Part shown: positions 1 through 9,536 of the stretch, piece by piece
Position numbering within the stretch: position 1 is the stretch's first letter
How the letters are laid out: every line of letters starts with the position of its first letter
Source of the DNA: a virus
Virus record (IMG/VR): IMGVR_UViG_3300028393_004717
Span: 2,971-66,970 of that record
Length of the DNA stretch: 64,000 bases
Strand: one strand, 5' to 3'
The notes under the pieces: generated by a model
What the model saw: only the letters and a program-made list of their open reading frames with translations
Database searches by the model: none
What the model was told of the DNA's origin: nothing
Program-made: the position numbers and the translations under genes

Positions 1-2
1 TG

Positions 3-500
3 CAATATTATAATTATTTTAGCGACTCTGAAATTCAATTCACTGTAAATCATAGTCCAAATATAACAACATGGGCAACAAACTTACAAAATTCTATGAG
101 ATCAATAAGTGGACTTGAGGAAATTACTGTGCTTGGATCGTATATTGGATCTACAGCATATTTTCAAATCACATTTGGAGGAACTGCTCGTTATAGATAT
201 TATGAATCAATTCAGTTAGTTTCATCTTCCCAATCATTTTTAGATGTTAATTCATCATTTGCAATTCAAAAAATTATTGATGGTGGACCAAAATTAAAAA
301 CAGCAATTGAAATAAACGATGAGACAACATTTCCAAACAATGTAATTTTTGTACCAACATCAATAAATTATCCTATAGAAATTGGGGATTTAAAACCTTT
401 GGAATTTTACTCAATTTGGATAAAAAGAACAGTCGCTTCCAAAACTAGCTCGATGGAAAACGATGGTTTTTCTCTAAGGATGAAAGGGGAAATTGTTTGA
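3..500 (+). CDS. Partial ORF entering from the window edge, putative virion structural protein
   Basis: Frame is open from position 3 to the stop at 500. The beta-rich C-terminus (YSIWIKRTV) resembles tail/baseplate proteins, which is weak evidence. Confidence 0.4.
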   Translation, partial: QYYNYFSDSEIQFTVNHSPNITTWATNLQNSMRSISGLEEITVLGSYIGSTAYFQITFGGTARYRYYESIQLVSSSQSFLDVNSSFAIQKIIDGGPKLKTAIEINDETTFPNNVIFVPTSINYPIEIGDLKPLEFYSIWIKRTVASKTSSMENDGFSLRMKGEIV

Positions 501-1021
501 AATACATTATTATTTTTTATCTATTTTTTTCATTAAATATTTATGGTCAAAACCACAAAGAACATTCTCCTACTGTTGCACAATTTGAAGAAAAAATAGA
601 ATACTTTAGTTCTATAACTAAAAATATATTTCAAGAAAAAACATGGGAAAAGATAATTCTTCAAAATAAAATTACAAAAAAAGAAAATCCATGGACAGAT
701 CTTGATAATTTTCAAAAACAAATGTTCTGTTTTTCTATGGGCAATAGAACATTAAGTGCTTTTTTAAAAATGGAAGATCATTGGACTGAAGAATTAAAAA
801 AATTTGATAATTTAAATTATAAATTAGTTAATTCTTCAGAATCAAGACCAGCAACAAAAACAGAAGTTAAAAATTATTTAGAAAAAATTAAACAAATGAA
901 AAATGAATTTGCCAAAGAGTTTGAAATTTTTAATTATGATTTTTTTAAAAATTACAAAAATAAACTTACATTAGAAGAAATAGAAAGTTATAATAAAAAA
1001 ATACAGGATGCGAAGAAGTAA
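497..1021 (+). CDS. Hypothetical exported protein
   Basis: TTG start overlapping the upstream stop; signal-peptide-like N-terminus MKYIIIFYLFFSLNIYG. Confidence 0.55.
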   Translation: MKYIIIFYLFFSLNIYGQNHKEHSPTVAQFEEKIEYFSSITKNIFQEKTWEKIILQNKITKKENPWTDLDNFQKQMFCFSMGNRTLSAFLKMEDHWTEELKKFDNLNYKLVNSSESRPATKTEVKNYLEKIKQMKNEFAKEFEIFNYDFFKNYKNKLTLEEIESYNKKIQDAKK

Positions 1022-1025
1022 ATCT

Positions 1026-1454
1026 ATGGATTGCCCCTTACACAATAAACCTTGTTCTGCTGTAAAAAATTTACAGTTTATGATTTCTTCAGATGAAATC
1101 ATAAAAATATTTAATATATGCCAAATTTGCATGTCTGATTATGAAATAAAAGATCAAATCTTTAACTCTTGTACTTCTTGTGAAACCTCTCTTTTTGAAA
1201 TAAAAAAACATAAAAAATTTGGATGTGCAAATTGCTATGTTCATTTTAAGGATTATGCCGAAAGGTATTTTTCTGTTTGTCAGGTAGGAACTAAACATAT
1301 TGGAAAAGTTCCATCTTTATTAAACAGTCTTACAATAGATCAGCTTGGAAAAAAAATGAACGAAGCTATTATTGAAGAAAATTATGAACTAGCTAATGAA
1401 TACAAAAAAATTATTTCTCAGAAATCCAATCAGCCAAATCTTGAGGATTTATAA
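1026..1454 (+). CDS. mcsA: McsA-like protein (CxxC motifs + UVR domain)
   Basis: CQIC, CTSC, FGCANCYxxF, HIGKVP and a C-terminal UVR motif AIIEENYELA. Start moved to MDCPLH at 1026. Confidence 0.8.
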   Translation: MDCPLHNKPCSAVKNLQFMISSDEIIKIFNICQICMSDYEIKDQIFNSCTSCETSLFEIKKHKKFGCANCYVHFKDYAERYFSVCQVGTKHIGKVPSLLNSLTIDQLGKKMNEAIIEENYELANEYKKIISQKSNQPNLEDL

Positions 1455-2358
1455 TTCCAAATCCTTCAAAAAACTTTTGTTTTGCGAATTCTTTATTTTT
1501 TACATCTATACAATGTTTTTTAAGCTCATCTCTGTAATCTTGACTTGATATTAACTTTATCCTATTTCCATTTTCTCTATTATAAGACAATAAAAGACAA
1601 GCAATTCCAACTGCAAAAGGATTTGCCATACTTGTTCCAGATAGAATAGCATACCAAGATTCTGGAACTGTACTAAAAATTTCATTTCCTGGTGCTAAAA
1701 AATCTAAATCTGTTCCAGTACAACTAAAATTAGATCTGTCAAAGTCTTTGTTTATAGAGCCTATACCTATGGTCTCTGGATAATTAGCTGGATAAAATAT
1801 TTCACGAGTCTTCCCAGCATTTCCAGCAGCACAAAAACATACAACCCCTTTTGATTCTGCATATTGAATTGCTTTTCTTACTTGCTGAACCGGATTGGGG
1901 GAACCAAGACTAAGTGTAATAAAATCAACTTTTTGATCTACTGCCCAACGAATTCCATTTGCTACATCAATTAGATTTCCAGATCCATTTTTGTCCAATA
2001 CCTTTACTGGTATTACTTTAGTTTTAGGGGCAACTCCAACCATCCCAATTAGATTGTTTTCAGCACAAATAATTCCAGTGCAATGAGTTCCATGACCATT
2101 TTCGTCTATAGGTTCTTTTTTTGGATCTATAAAGTTTTTACCTTTCAACAAATTGTTTTTTAAATCTGGGTGATTTAAATCGCAACCACTATCCAAAACA
2201 GCAACAACCACTCCTTCGCCTTGATTTTTTTTCCAAACTTTAGGAAGATCAAAAGCTGTAATACCCCATCCAAGTTGTTGCTTGGATTCTTGTATTGATA
2301 ATACTTCTCTTCTTAAAAATGGAAGAAGCTTACACTTGTGCTGGATCTTTTTTGTCAT
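1411..2358 (-). CDS. Subtilisin family S8 protease, intracellular (ISP) type
   Basis: Catalytic triad motifs VLDSG, GHGTH and GTSMA; no signal or prodomain; N-terminal LLPF resembles the ISP LIPY/F motif. Confidence 0.92.
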   Translation of the reverse strand: MTKKIQHKCKLLPFLRREVLSIQESKQQLGWGITAFDLPKVWKKNQGEGVVVAVLDSGCDLNHPDLKNNLLKGKNFIDPKKEPIDENGHGTHCTGIICAENNLIGMVGVAPKTKVIPVKVLDKNGSGNLIDVANGIRWAVDQKVDFITLSLGSPNPVQQVRKAIQYAESKGVVCFCAAGNAGKTREIFYPANYPETIGIGSINKDFDRSNFSCTGTDLDFLAPGNEIFSTVPESWYAILSGTSMANPFAVGIACLLLSYNRENGNRIKLISSQDYRDELKKHCIDVKNKEFAKQKFFEGFGIINPQDLADWISEK

Positions 2359-2764
2359 TTTTCTCCATGTTCCATAATCCATTGCGGTATTTACTTACTA
2401 TAAAATCTATAAGTTCACTTACAACAATACTAATTAAAATCTTTTTTATAGTTGAAGACATTGGTTTTAGCCATAATGGAAAAATAGAAATAACTATGTA
2501 GTCATATAATTGCCCTGCGACTAACATAACCACAGCTTTTTTATCTTCTCCTTTTGGTATTATTGGCTCAACAAATTGAATCATATCATCTATGGATTTT
2601 ATGATAAATATTGTTCCACTTAAAAGATAATCAGTTGGAATACTAACCCAACCACTTTTTTTGGGCTTTTCTTCATCCCATTTTTTCTTCAAATCAAAAA
2701 GACACTGTTCGCATTGAATTATTGCTGATTTTATTTCTTCTGTTGTCATTATTGTTTTTTTCAT
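2330..2764 (-). CDS. Hypothetical membrane-associated protein, possibly holin-like
   Basis: Amphipathic and hydrophobic helices and a GEDKKAVV motif; function is a guess. Confidence 0.4.
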   Translation of the reverse strand: MKKTIMTTEEIKSAIIQCEQCLFDLKKKWDEEKPKKSGWVSIPTDYLLSGTIFIIKSIDDMIQFVEPIIPKGEDKKAVVMLVAGQLYDYIVISIFPLWLKPMSSTIKKILISIVVSELIDFIVSKYRNGLWNMEKNDKKDPAQV

Positions 2765-2799
2765 TTTTTCTCCTGATGTTAAAGATATATATCATTAAT

Positions 2800-3666
2800 A
2801 TGAATATAATTGTAACTGGCGGTGCTGGTTTTGTTGGTAGCAATTTAGTCGATAGACTTATCGATCAAAATTATAATGTTTTAGTTTTAGACAATTTTGC
2901 TACTGGTTTTAAAGAAAATTTAAATAAAAAATCTGTTTTTTCAATGTTTGACATAAGGAACAATTGGAATGATTTACCCTTATTGCAAGGATTTAAGCCA
3001 GATATCATATATCATATAGCTGCTCTTGCTCGCATACAACCAAGCTTTAATAGACCTTATGAAACTTTAGATGTAAATGCTCAAGGAACTGTAAGAGCTT
3101 TGGAGTATGCAAAAAACAAAAATTGTAAACTTGTTTATTCGGGATCTTCTTCATTTTATTTTGATCCTCATGTGAATCCATATGCTCATTCGAAATGGAT
3201 TGGAGAAGAACATTGCAAGATGTACAACAAAACATACGGAGTTCCAATAGCCATAGCCAGATTTTTTAATGTTTATGGAAAAAGACATGTTCAACAAGGA
3301 GATAATGCTAATGTATTGGGAATATTTGAATACCAAAGATCTAATGGCCTTCCAATAACTATAACTGGTAATGGGGAACAAAGACGAGATTTTACAAATA
3401 TTGAAGATATATGTGATGGACTTATTTCTATGGGTAAAGAAAGTTGGAATGCAGATATTTTTAATTTAGGAAGAAGTTATAATTATTCGATAAATGAAGT
3501 TGCTAAAATGTTTAACCCAAAAGAAATAATTTATGTTCCATCAAGAATTGGAGAAGCAATATACACTCTTGCCGATATAAGTTTCTCAAAAGAAAAATTA
3601 AATTGGGAACCAAAACACAATTTGCCAGATTATATTGAAGGGTTTTTAAGAAATATTAAAAACTAA
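2800..3666 (+). CDS. NAD-dependent nucleotide-sugar epimerase/dehydratase (extended SDR)
   Basis: IIVTGGAGFVGS, YxxxK (PYAHSK), RFFNVYG, GEQRRDF. Start at MNIIVTG (2800). Confidence 0.93.
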   Translation: MNIIVTGGAGFVGSNLVDRLIDQNYNVLVLDNFATGFKENLNKKSVFSMFDIRNNWNDLPLLQGFKPDIIYHIAALARIQPSFNRPYETLDVNAQGTVRALEYAKNKNCKLVYSGSSSFYFDPHVNPYAHSKWIGEEHCKMYNKTYGVPIAIARFFNVYGKRHVQQGDNANVLGIFEYQRSNGLPITITGNGEQRRDFTNIEDICDGLISMGKESWNADIFNLGRSYNYSINEVAKMFNPKEIIYVPSRIGEAIYTLADISFSKEKLNWEPKHNLPDYIEGFLRNIKN

Positions 3667-4361
3667 TAAAGATATTTTCTCAATAAAAGCTTATCAAGCA
3701 ATGAATTCATAGCGGTTATTTGTTCTGGTTTTTTATCCCATCCACCGCTTTTACAAACTTGTTTAGCTTTAGCTTCTGGTATGTATTTAAATATAAATCC
3801 TTGACTAGAAAATCTAGTATGCAATTCTCTAGTCATTCCTCCATATTGATCAATCCTTTCGCAAAACATACCAGCACTAACCATGTTGCTTCTTCTAATG
3901 GCAGAAAAGTTTTCTACAAAACTTGTTTTTTGTGATCCTTTATCGCCAAACACCCATAGCTTATCATTTTTTGATCTTAAAGGTTTTATAAGATTGATCA
4001 AAGACAATTCTCCATCTGGTGTGAGCCTATCATCTAAAAATACTAAAAATTCACCTTTAGATTCTATGACTCCAAAATTTCTTGCTCTTGCCAACCCATA
4101 ATCTTTATTACCTTTATTATCAAATCTTGCACAATAAATATATTTCACATCCAACTCTTTTAAATTATTTTCAAATTTTGTTCCATTTGAATTATAATAT
4201 TTCTGATCACTATCATCACAAATGATTATTTCTTTTTTTTCATATTTTTGATTTTTAATATTATTGATATTTTCTAATGCAACCTCATATCTGTTATGAG
4301 TTGGAATTATAATTGATATCAAATCTTTATTTACAATTGTATTACTTCTTGGGGTTCTCAT
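3663..4361 (-). CDS. Glycosyltransferase family 2
   Basis: ISIIIPTHNR, IIICDDS, ARARNFG, FLVFLDD. Confidence 0.88.
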   Translation of the reverse strand: MRTPRSNTIVNKDLISIIIPTHNRYEVALENINNIKNQKYEKKEIIICDDSDQKYYNSNGTKFENNLKELDVKYIYCARFDNKGNKDYGLARARNFGVIESKGEFLVFLDDRLTPDGELSLINLIKPLRSKNDKLWVFGDKGSQKTSFVENFSAIRRSNMVSAGMFCERIDQYGGMTRELHTRFSSQGFIFKYIPEAKAKQVCKSGGWDKKPEQITAMNSLLDKLLLRKYLY

Positions 4362-5304
4362 AAATTTCCTTATATTTTAATCCAACATTTATAATTGATA
4401 TTTGAGGTTTTAATTTTTTAGAAAATTCTGATGTTTCCAACCAATATTCATGGGAAAAAAGTTTATCTGTGTCAAAAGGTTCCGCCAAGGTCAGTCCTCT
4501 TTTCATAAAATATTCATAGCTATAACTTTCTTTATTTATTGCAAAAGGTATACCAGAAGAAACATATTTTTGAGCTTTTGTCGGTGGCTTATGGCATTGA
4601 CTAAAATGAGTTATTGATTTTATATCTATCGCTGCTTTTGCTTGTTCCAGAAGTTCTTTTTGAACTTCTTCAGACCACACATATGATTTTATTCCATTTA
4701 TCGTATTGTAATCATCAGAAATTTGCATGGACAATCTTAATTCTCGACATAATTTTCCAGCCCCATTTTTTGCCCTTTCATTTTTTAAATCTGAGCATAT
4801 TCTTAATTCATAATTTATTGTATTCTTTTTAATGTAATCTAATAAAAATGGAATATATTGAAAGCTTCCTATCCACAATACAAAGCCATCTTTTTTATAA
4901 GAATTTGTTTCTTGAAGTGAAAATTTACTATGATGTTCAACAAAATGAACATTATTGTTTATTTTTTCAAAATATGGAATCCATCTTTCGCAATGCAATC
5001 CAATAGCATCACACTTTGAAAGAAAATTTAAATCTTCTTTTAGCTGATTTTCACTATGGTAAAAATCTATAGGACAATATAAAACTTTTGTTCCTTTGCT
5101 TTTAATTGTTTGTATATTGATTTTTTTTAAAGGATGTTTCACTAACATTAAAAAATCACAATTTGGTATTTTTTCAAGTGATCTAAAAGTTATCACATTG
5201 TAATACTTTGAAAGTTCTTTTGCCGTATCTTTTCCAACCCAATTCCATGAAGGCATATTAGATATTTCAGGACCAACAGCTAATGTCTTTTTTATTGTTT
5301 TCAT
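4342..5304 (-). CDS. Putative GT-B glycosyltransferase-like protein
   Basis: VLWIGS and KPPTKAQKYVSSGIP resemble the GT4 signature region; lies in a glycosylation gene cluster. Confidence 0.55.
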   Translation of the reverse strand: MKTIKKTLAVGPEISNMPSWNWVGKDTAKELSKYYNVITFRSLEKIPNCDFLMLVKHPLKKINIQTIKSKGTKVLYCPIDFYHSENQLKEDLNFLSKCDAIGLHCERWIPYFEKINNNVHFVEHHSKFSLQETNSYKKDGFVLWIGSFQYIPFLLDYIKKNTINYELRICSDLKNERAKNGAGKLCRELRLSMQISDDYNTINGIKSYVWSEEVQKELLEQAKAAIDIKSITHFSQCHKPPTKAQKYVSSGIPFAINKESYSYEYFMKRGLTLAEPFDTDKLFSHEYWLETSEFSKKLKPQISIINVGLKYKEIYENPKK

Positions 5305-5306
5305 AA

Positions 5307-7091
5307 CTAACGACTATTGTGAGAGAATCTTGTAAATAAATAATTTTCTTTTTTTATATCACCAGGGAAATTATTTATTTTTATATTTAATTTTCTAGCC
5401 ACATAATCAAAACTTATTTGATCTCTTTTTGATCCATTTGATATTTCTTCCCACCACATTTCGTTGAATTTTTTTATTTCATTTGAATGTCTTCTTAACA
5501 AAACAGTACATTCGCTTAATCCATTATTTTTAGGATATCCATCACGGATATATTTTTGAATCTGCTTTGTTATTGTAAAAGCATCATCTAGTTTTCGAGC
5601 AATACAAGTTTTTGCTTCATCGTAAACGCAATTTCTTTCATGATGCTTAAAAAGAGCTATGTCGCAATTAGAAAGATATATTTCGGCCAATCTGCTTATA
5701 TTGAAGGGAAATTTAATTCTTATAGATCCATCAATCCAAAGACTATATTCTTTGTCTGGAAAATAAATGTGTGATAATATCTTGTGAATTTTTGCATTTC
5801 TATTTGGATCTGAAAATGTTGTATGTATCTGCTTTGAATTCCATGTTTTTGAATCAATTGGATTTTCTAGAAACGCAACAAACTCAGTTCCATCATTGTG
5901 GTTTTTTTGATCTTTTAATTTGTCGTAATTATTGGATGCATTCGTAATTGCAGTGTATACAACAATATTTTTTGGATCTACTTCAATATTATTTTTTGAT
6001 ATATTTCTTTCCAAAAACGCCTTAAGCATATTTGTTTTTATCCACTTTTGATGAAATATATTTCTATTTTGTTTCACAAATTGATGTGAAGCTGAATTCG
6101 TGTGTCCTCCTTTGTGATATATGATGGAATCAGGAGTAAAAAGTATTTTGTATCCATGAGCATGTGTTTTCATGCATAAGTCGGAATCTTCCCAATATCC
6201 GATCCTATATTGTGTGTCAAATTCTCCAATCAATTTAAAAAAATCTGACGGAATCATAAAACAAGCACCAGTAACCATTTCTACTTCTCTAATTTCCATT
6301 AGATCTTTTGGTACATTATCCAAAGTAAAAGAATGATTGATATATTTCTTTTTGTATATGTGTTTTCCTATATGTAAAAAAGCACAAATACCTTCATCCC
6401 ATTCAGAGCCAAGTGAATCAATAATTATTCCTTCTTTAAGATGTAAATTTCCAACTATTCCAATGTTATTTTGTTTTTGAAAACAATCATACATTGGCTT
6501 TATCCAGTTCGGAGTAGTAATTGTATCTGCGTTTAAAAATATAAGATATTTTCCTTTTGCAAATTTTGCACCTAAATTACAAGCATTTGCGAAACCACCA
6601 TTTGTTCTTTCTACATGAATTATTTTCCCTATTCCTTTTTCTGGTTTTGGTTTGTTTGACCAAGATTTAAGAATTTCAATGTGACTTTTTTCTGGACAAC
6701 AATCATCCACATAAATTATTTCTTTTTTAAGATTGTCATGTTCATCGAAATTCCATGATTCGATTTGCTTTTTGATAAAATCTCTGCTTTTGTAACATGG
6801 TATTATTATGGATACATCAATTTCATTTTCTGATGATACAAACCAATGTGGGGTTTCTAATTCTTTGAAAGAAGGAGGAACATATGGAGATATATGAGGA
6901 GCAACACTTATCGTAACTGGAAAATTGTTTTTTTGTAATTTTTTATTTCTTACATTATTGTGAATTTCTATTTTTTTATTTTTCTGAAATAATTCTGCAT
7001 TTTCTGGGGTTATACGAAGATATGGATTGTTAGCTTTTTTGGCCAATGCTTCTTGTATCTTTATTTTATTTGATAATTTTTTATCATCCAT
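5307..7091 (-). CDS. GT2 glycosyltransferase fused to a C-terminal DUF616/TOD1-like glycosyltransferase domain
   Basis: VSIIIPCY, YVDDC, NGGFANACNLG, FLNAD, EDSDLC; then VYTAI...YD, SLWIDGS, HHERNCVYDEA, RDQISF. Start at MDDKK (7091). Confidence 0.88.
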   Translation of the reverse strand: MDDKKLSNKIKIQEALAKKANNPYLRITPENAELFQKNKKIEIHNNVRNKKLQKNNFPVTISVAPHISPYVPPSFKELETPHWFVSSENEIDVSIIIPCYKSRDFIKKQIESWNFDEHDNLKKEIIYVDDCCPEKSHIEILKSWSNKPKPEKGIGKIIHVERTNGGFANACNLGAKFAKGKYLIFLNADTITTPNWIKPMYDCFQKQNNIGIVGNLHLKEGIIIDSLGSEWDEGICAFLHIGKHIYKKKYINHSFTLDNVPKDLMEIREVEMVTGACFMIPSDFFKLIGEFDTQYRIGYWEDSDLCMKTHAHGYKILFTPDSIIYHKGGHTNSASHQFVKQNRNIFHQKWIKTNMLKAFLERNISKNNIEVDPKNIVVYTAITNASNNYDKLKDQKNHNDGTEFVAFLENPIDSKTWNSKQIHTTFSDPNRNAKIHKILSHIYFPDKEYSLWIDGSIRIKFPFNISRLAEIYLSNCDIALFKHHERNCVYDEAKTCIARKLDDAFTITKQIQKYIRDGYPKNNGLSECTVLLRRHSNEIKKFNEMWWEEISNGSKRDQISFDYVARKLNIKINNFPGDIKKENYLFTRFSHNSR

Positions 7092-7092
7092 T

Positions 7093-7452
7093 TTATTTAC
7101 CAGCGTTATTGGCACCGCCCATAGTTGGCACATTCATTTGTTGTTTATCTAATTTATTTTGAGCAGCCTGTATATTTGAAGAAGTTCCCTTAGCAATTGC
7201 TGCAACTGCTGAAAAATTCTTTTTAAACTTTGTTTCATAAGTTTTAACAAGTTGATTGATATAAAATTCCCATTGTGGTGCAGGTAAGTTTACTGCTTGT
7301 GCCATGAATTTATCAAACATGGATTTTGCTTGGTTTTGTTTAGCAGCATCTGTGATTTGTTGTGAGGGATTTGGATAAGTCGGTGGCATCTCGCCAGCAG
7401 GAGGAACTTCAACTTCATTTAACGACCAATCAGAAAATTTTTTCAATGCCAT
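7093..7452 (-). CDS. Hypothetical protein with capsid-targeting-like N-terminus
   Basis: SD GAGGTG precedes MALKKFSDWSLNE; Gln/Ala/Pro rich. Confidence 0.6.
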   Translation of the reverse strand: MALKKFSDWSLNEVEVPPAGEMPPTYPNPSQQITDAAKQNQAKSMFDKFMAQAVNLPAPQWEFYINQLVKTYETKFKKNFSAVAAIAKGTSSNIQAAQNKLDKQQMNVPTMGGANNAGK

Positions 7453-7460
7453 TTTACACC

Positions 7461-7739
7461 TCAAATTAGTTTTTTGTTTTTACCAACATCATCACTTTCA
7501 TCATTTATTTTTTTTAAAGCATCCTTAATACGAGAATGCCATTTTGCTATTTTTTCACTAGGAACATCAAGAAGTTCGGACAAACCTGAAGAATTGTTCA
7601 TAACTCTTAAAAAGTTATCCCAAAAATCCTCATCTACTTGCAATCCTGTTTTTACAACTGAAATAGATTTTTCAGATATATCACTTTTAGATATGGAATT
7701 ATTTTCCATGTTTTCCCATAATGTGCAAAATGATACCAT
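7461..7739 (-). CDS. Hypothetical protein
   Basis: Co-directional and tightly packed with neighbours; N-terminus MVSFCTLWE. Confidence 0.6.
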   Translation of the reverse strand: MVSFCTLWENMENNSISKSDISEKSISVVKTGLQVDEDFWDNFLRVMNNSSGLSELLDVPSEKIAKWHSRIKDALKKINDESDDVGKNKKLI

Positions 7740-7742
7740 AAT

Positions 7743-7955
7743 CTATTTTCCAATTTTCTTTTTTGATTTTTTCTTTTTAGGGCAAAAATAAAGCTCATCA
7801 GGATCAAAATCGCTTTGTCCAGTCTTGTTATTTACTAAGGAATATTTACTTTTCAAATTAGTGAAATACTGTAGGTCAGCATTGTTATCGTAAGTCCAAA
7901 TATTAGGACTTGGCGGGGATTCTTTGTCCAACCATTCCTTAAATGAAATAAGCAT
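7743..7955 (-). CDS. Small hypothetical protein with capsid-targeting-like N-terminus
   Basis: MLISFKEWLDKE, preceded by TATAAATA 4 nt upstream of the ATG. Confidence 0.6.
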   Translation of the reverse strand: MLISFKEWLDKESPPSPNIWTYDNNADLQYFTNLKSKYSLVNNKTGQSDFDPDELYFCPKKKKSKKKIGK

Positions 7956-7959
7956 ACTT

Positions 7960-7967
7960 TATTTATA
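7960..7967 (-). promoter_or_regulatory. T4-type late promoter TATAAATA
   Basis: Exact T4 late consensus 4 nt before the ATG at 7955. Confidence 0.55.
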
Positions 7968-7973
7968 TGATTT

Positions 7974-8180
7974 TTAGTTTTTTTTAATTAAATTCTTCAT
8001 ATCACAGAATGGATTTTTCATTTGTACAGACAAACACTCAGACTCAATTTCTTGATTTATTTCATCTTCTGAGTGTTTATCGCAATGCCAAAATGATTTT
8101 TTTGTAACAGAACCCTTTATTATTTTTCTTTTTACGCACTTACTTGCTTCATTATCGCAATTTTCAAAATAACATTTCAT
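7974..8180 (-). CDS. Small Cys/His-rich hypothetical protein
   Basis: SD GAGGTG before MKCYFENC...WHCDKH. Confidence 0.5.
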   Translation of the reverse strand: MKCYFENCDNEASKCVKRKIIKGSVTKKSFWHCDKHSEDEINQEIESECLSVQMKNPFCDMKNLIKKN

Positions 8181-8187
8181 ATTCACC

Positions 8188-8910
8188 TCAATAATTTTTC
8201 CAAATACACTCAAGCTTTTTTTTCGTGTTTTTTTGTAACATCTTTCTTTTACACGCCCAAGAAACAAAATACTTTTTACAAATCTTTTGATCTTTGCTAG
8301 TAATTAGTACCTTACCAGAAAAATTGTTGAGTAAATTGGTAATTTTTGTGTATTGTTGCTCTCGCAAATTAATTGGTAGATCACAATAAATAAAACTTTC
8401 ATGATTGTTAAACTTCTGAATAACCTCAATAGCTTCTTTATTCATAATAAATGTTTCTTGCAAACGATTTCTTATGGCTAAAGATTCATCGATAATTTCA
8501 TCCCATTTTATTTTCTTGTCTATAAATGACTTTTTACCTTCTGCTTTACTTAATTTACGCAAAACAAATTCATTTACAGCCTTTTCGATATAATCTTCAT
8601 ATTTTTGACCTTCATTTGCAATAAATTTTTCAAATGTTTCACTATTGCATTTAACGGCATTTATTTTTTTAACAAAATGCTTATATTCATCTTTAATAGC
8701 TCGATAAATCTGTATTATTCCTTCGTGAGAATCATTTATAATTTCTATCTTGGATTTAGACTTTTGTAAATAAATCCCAATGTTATCACAGAATAGATCG
8801 ATATAAATAAGATCTGTGTAATTTTCTGGGAATTCTTCAATAATCCAACTGATTAAGTTTTGATTATATGTGGTTGATTTAAAAATTGGTTTTATTTTTT
8901 TATTTTTCAT
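8188..8910 (-). CDS. Dam/D12-class DNA adenine methyltransferase homolog with degenerate catalytic motifs
   Basis: Dam-like layout (WIIEEFP...YIDLFC, EIIND...IYRAIKD, FIYCD.P), but the motif I glycines are lost and DPPY reads DLPI. Confidence 0.75.
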   Translation of the reverse strand: MKNKKIKPIFKSTTYNQNLISWIIEEFPENYTDLIYIDLFCDNIGIYLQKSKSKIEIINDSHEGIIQIYRAIKDEYKHFVKKINAVKCNSETFEKFIANEGQKYEDYIEKAVNEFVLRKLSKAEGKKSFIDKKIKWDEIIDESLAIRNRLQETFIMNKEAIEVIQKFNNHESFIYCDLPINLREQQYTKITNLLNNFSGKVLITSKDQKICKKYFVSWACKRKMLQKNTKKKLECIWKNY

Positions 8911-9121
8911 CTTTGTAACTCGGTGATTGATAGATCGTATTCTGGCACTTGCTGCAAATGTATTTGAAAGGTCCATATCCTTTCTCTTGAGCATTCCAAA
9001 ACCAACCTACCTTGGGGTATTTTTCGTCATGACATTTAATGCACATCACAGAAATTTTTTGTTGCTCTTCTGGTAATGAACTATCTACATAAAAATAACA
9101 ATTTTGAATTTCTTGGCTCAT
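8900..9121 (-). CDS. Small zinc-ribbon protein
   Basis: CIKC...CSKC. Confidence 0.55.
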   Translation of the reverse strand: MSQEIQNCYFYVDSSLPEEQQKISVMCIKCHDEKYPKVGWFWNAQEKGYGPFKYICSKCQNTIYQSPSYKDEK

Positions 9122-9211
9122 AATGCATCCTCTTCATTAAAAGAGAATGTATGCGTAAAAAAAGCCCACCAAACTGGTAGGCTTCTGCAAATTGCATATA
9201 TTTTATTCGCC

Positions 9212-9514
9212 TCAAGGCCTACATCTGAAGAATTTGAAGAAATGACTACGCTCATTTTTAGGAGACTCTTTTTCATCAGAATCGGGTTTAACTTCAGATT
9301 TTTTATCAGAATCTGACTTAATCTCAGGTTTTTCTTCTTTCTTTTCAATATTAGGCTTAGATTTCCAATTTGGATCTTTATTTTGCCAATTCTCACTAGA
9401 ATTAGAAAGAGGCATAAATTTATCGAATAAATTAGGATCTGTTTTCTTTATATAAATAAAGCAAACAGTTAAAGACAATAACAATATTATACCATACAGG
9501 AAGTTTCTGTCCAT
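9212..9514 (-). CDS. Membrane-anchored hypothetical protein
   Basis: SD GGAGG, N-terminal TM helix, charged low-complexity linker. Confidence 0.55.
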   Translation of the reverse strand: MDRNFLYGIILLLSLTVCFIYIKKTDPNLFDKFMPLSNSSENWQNKDPNWKSKPNIEKKEEKPEIKSDSDKKSEVKPDSDEKESPKNERSHFFKFFRCRP

Positions 9515-9536
9515 ATGACCTCCAAAAAGGATTAAA

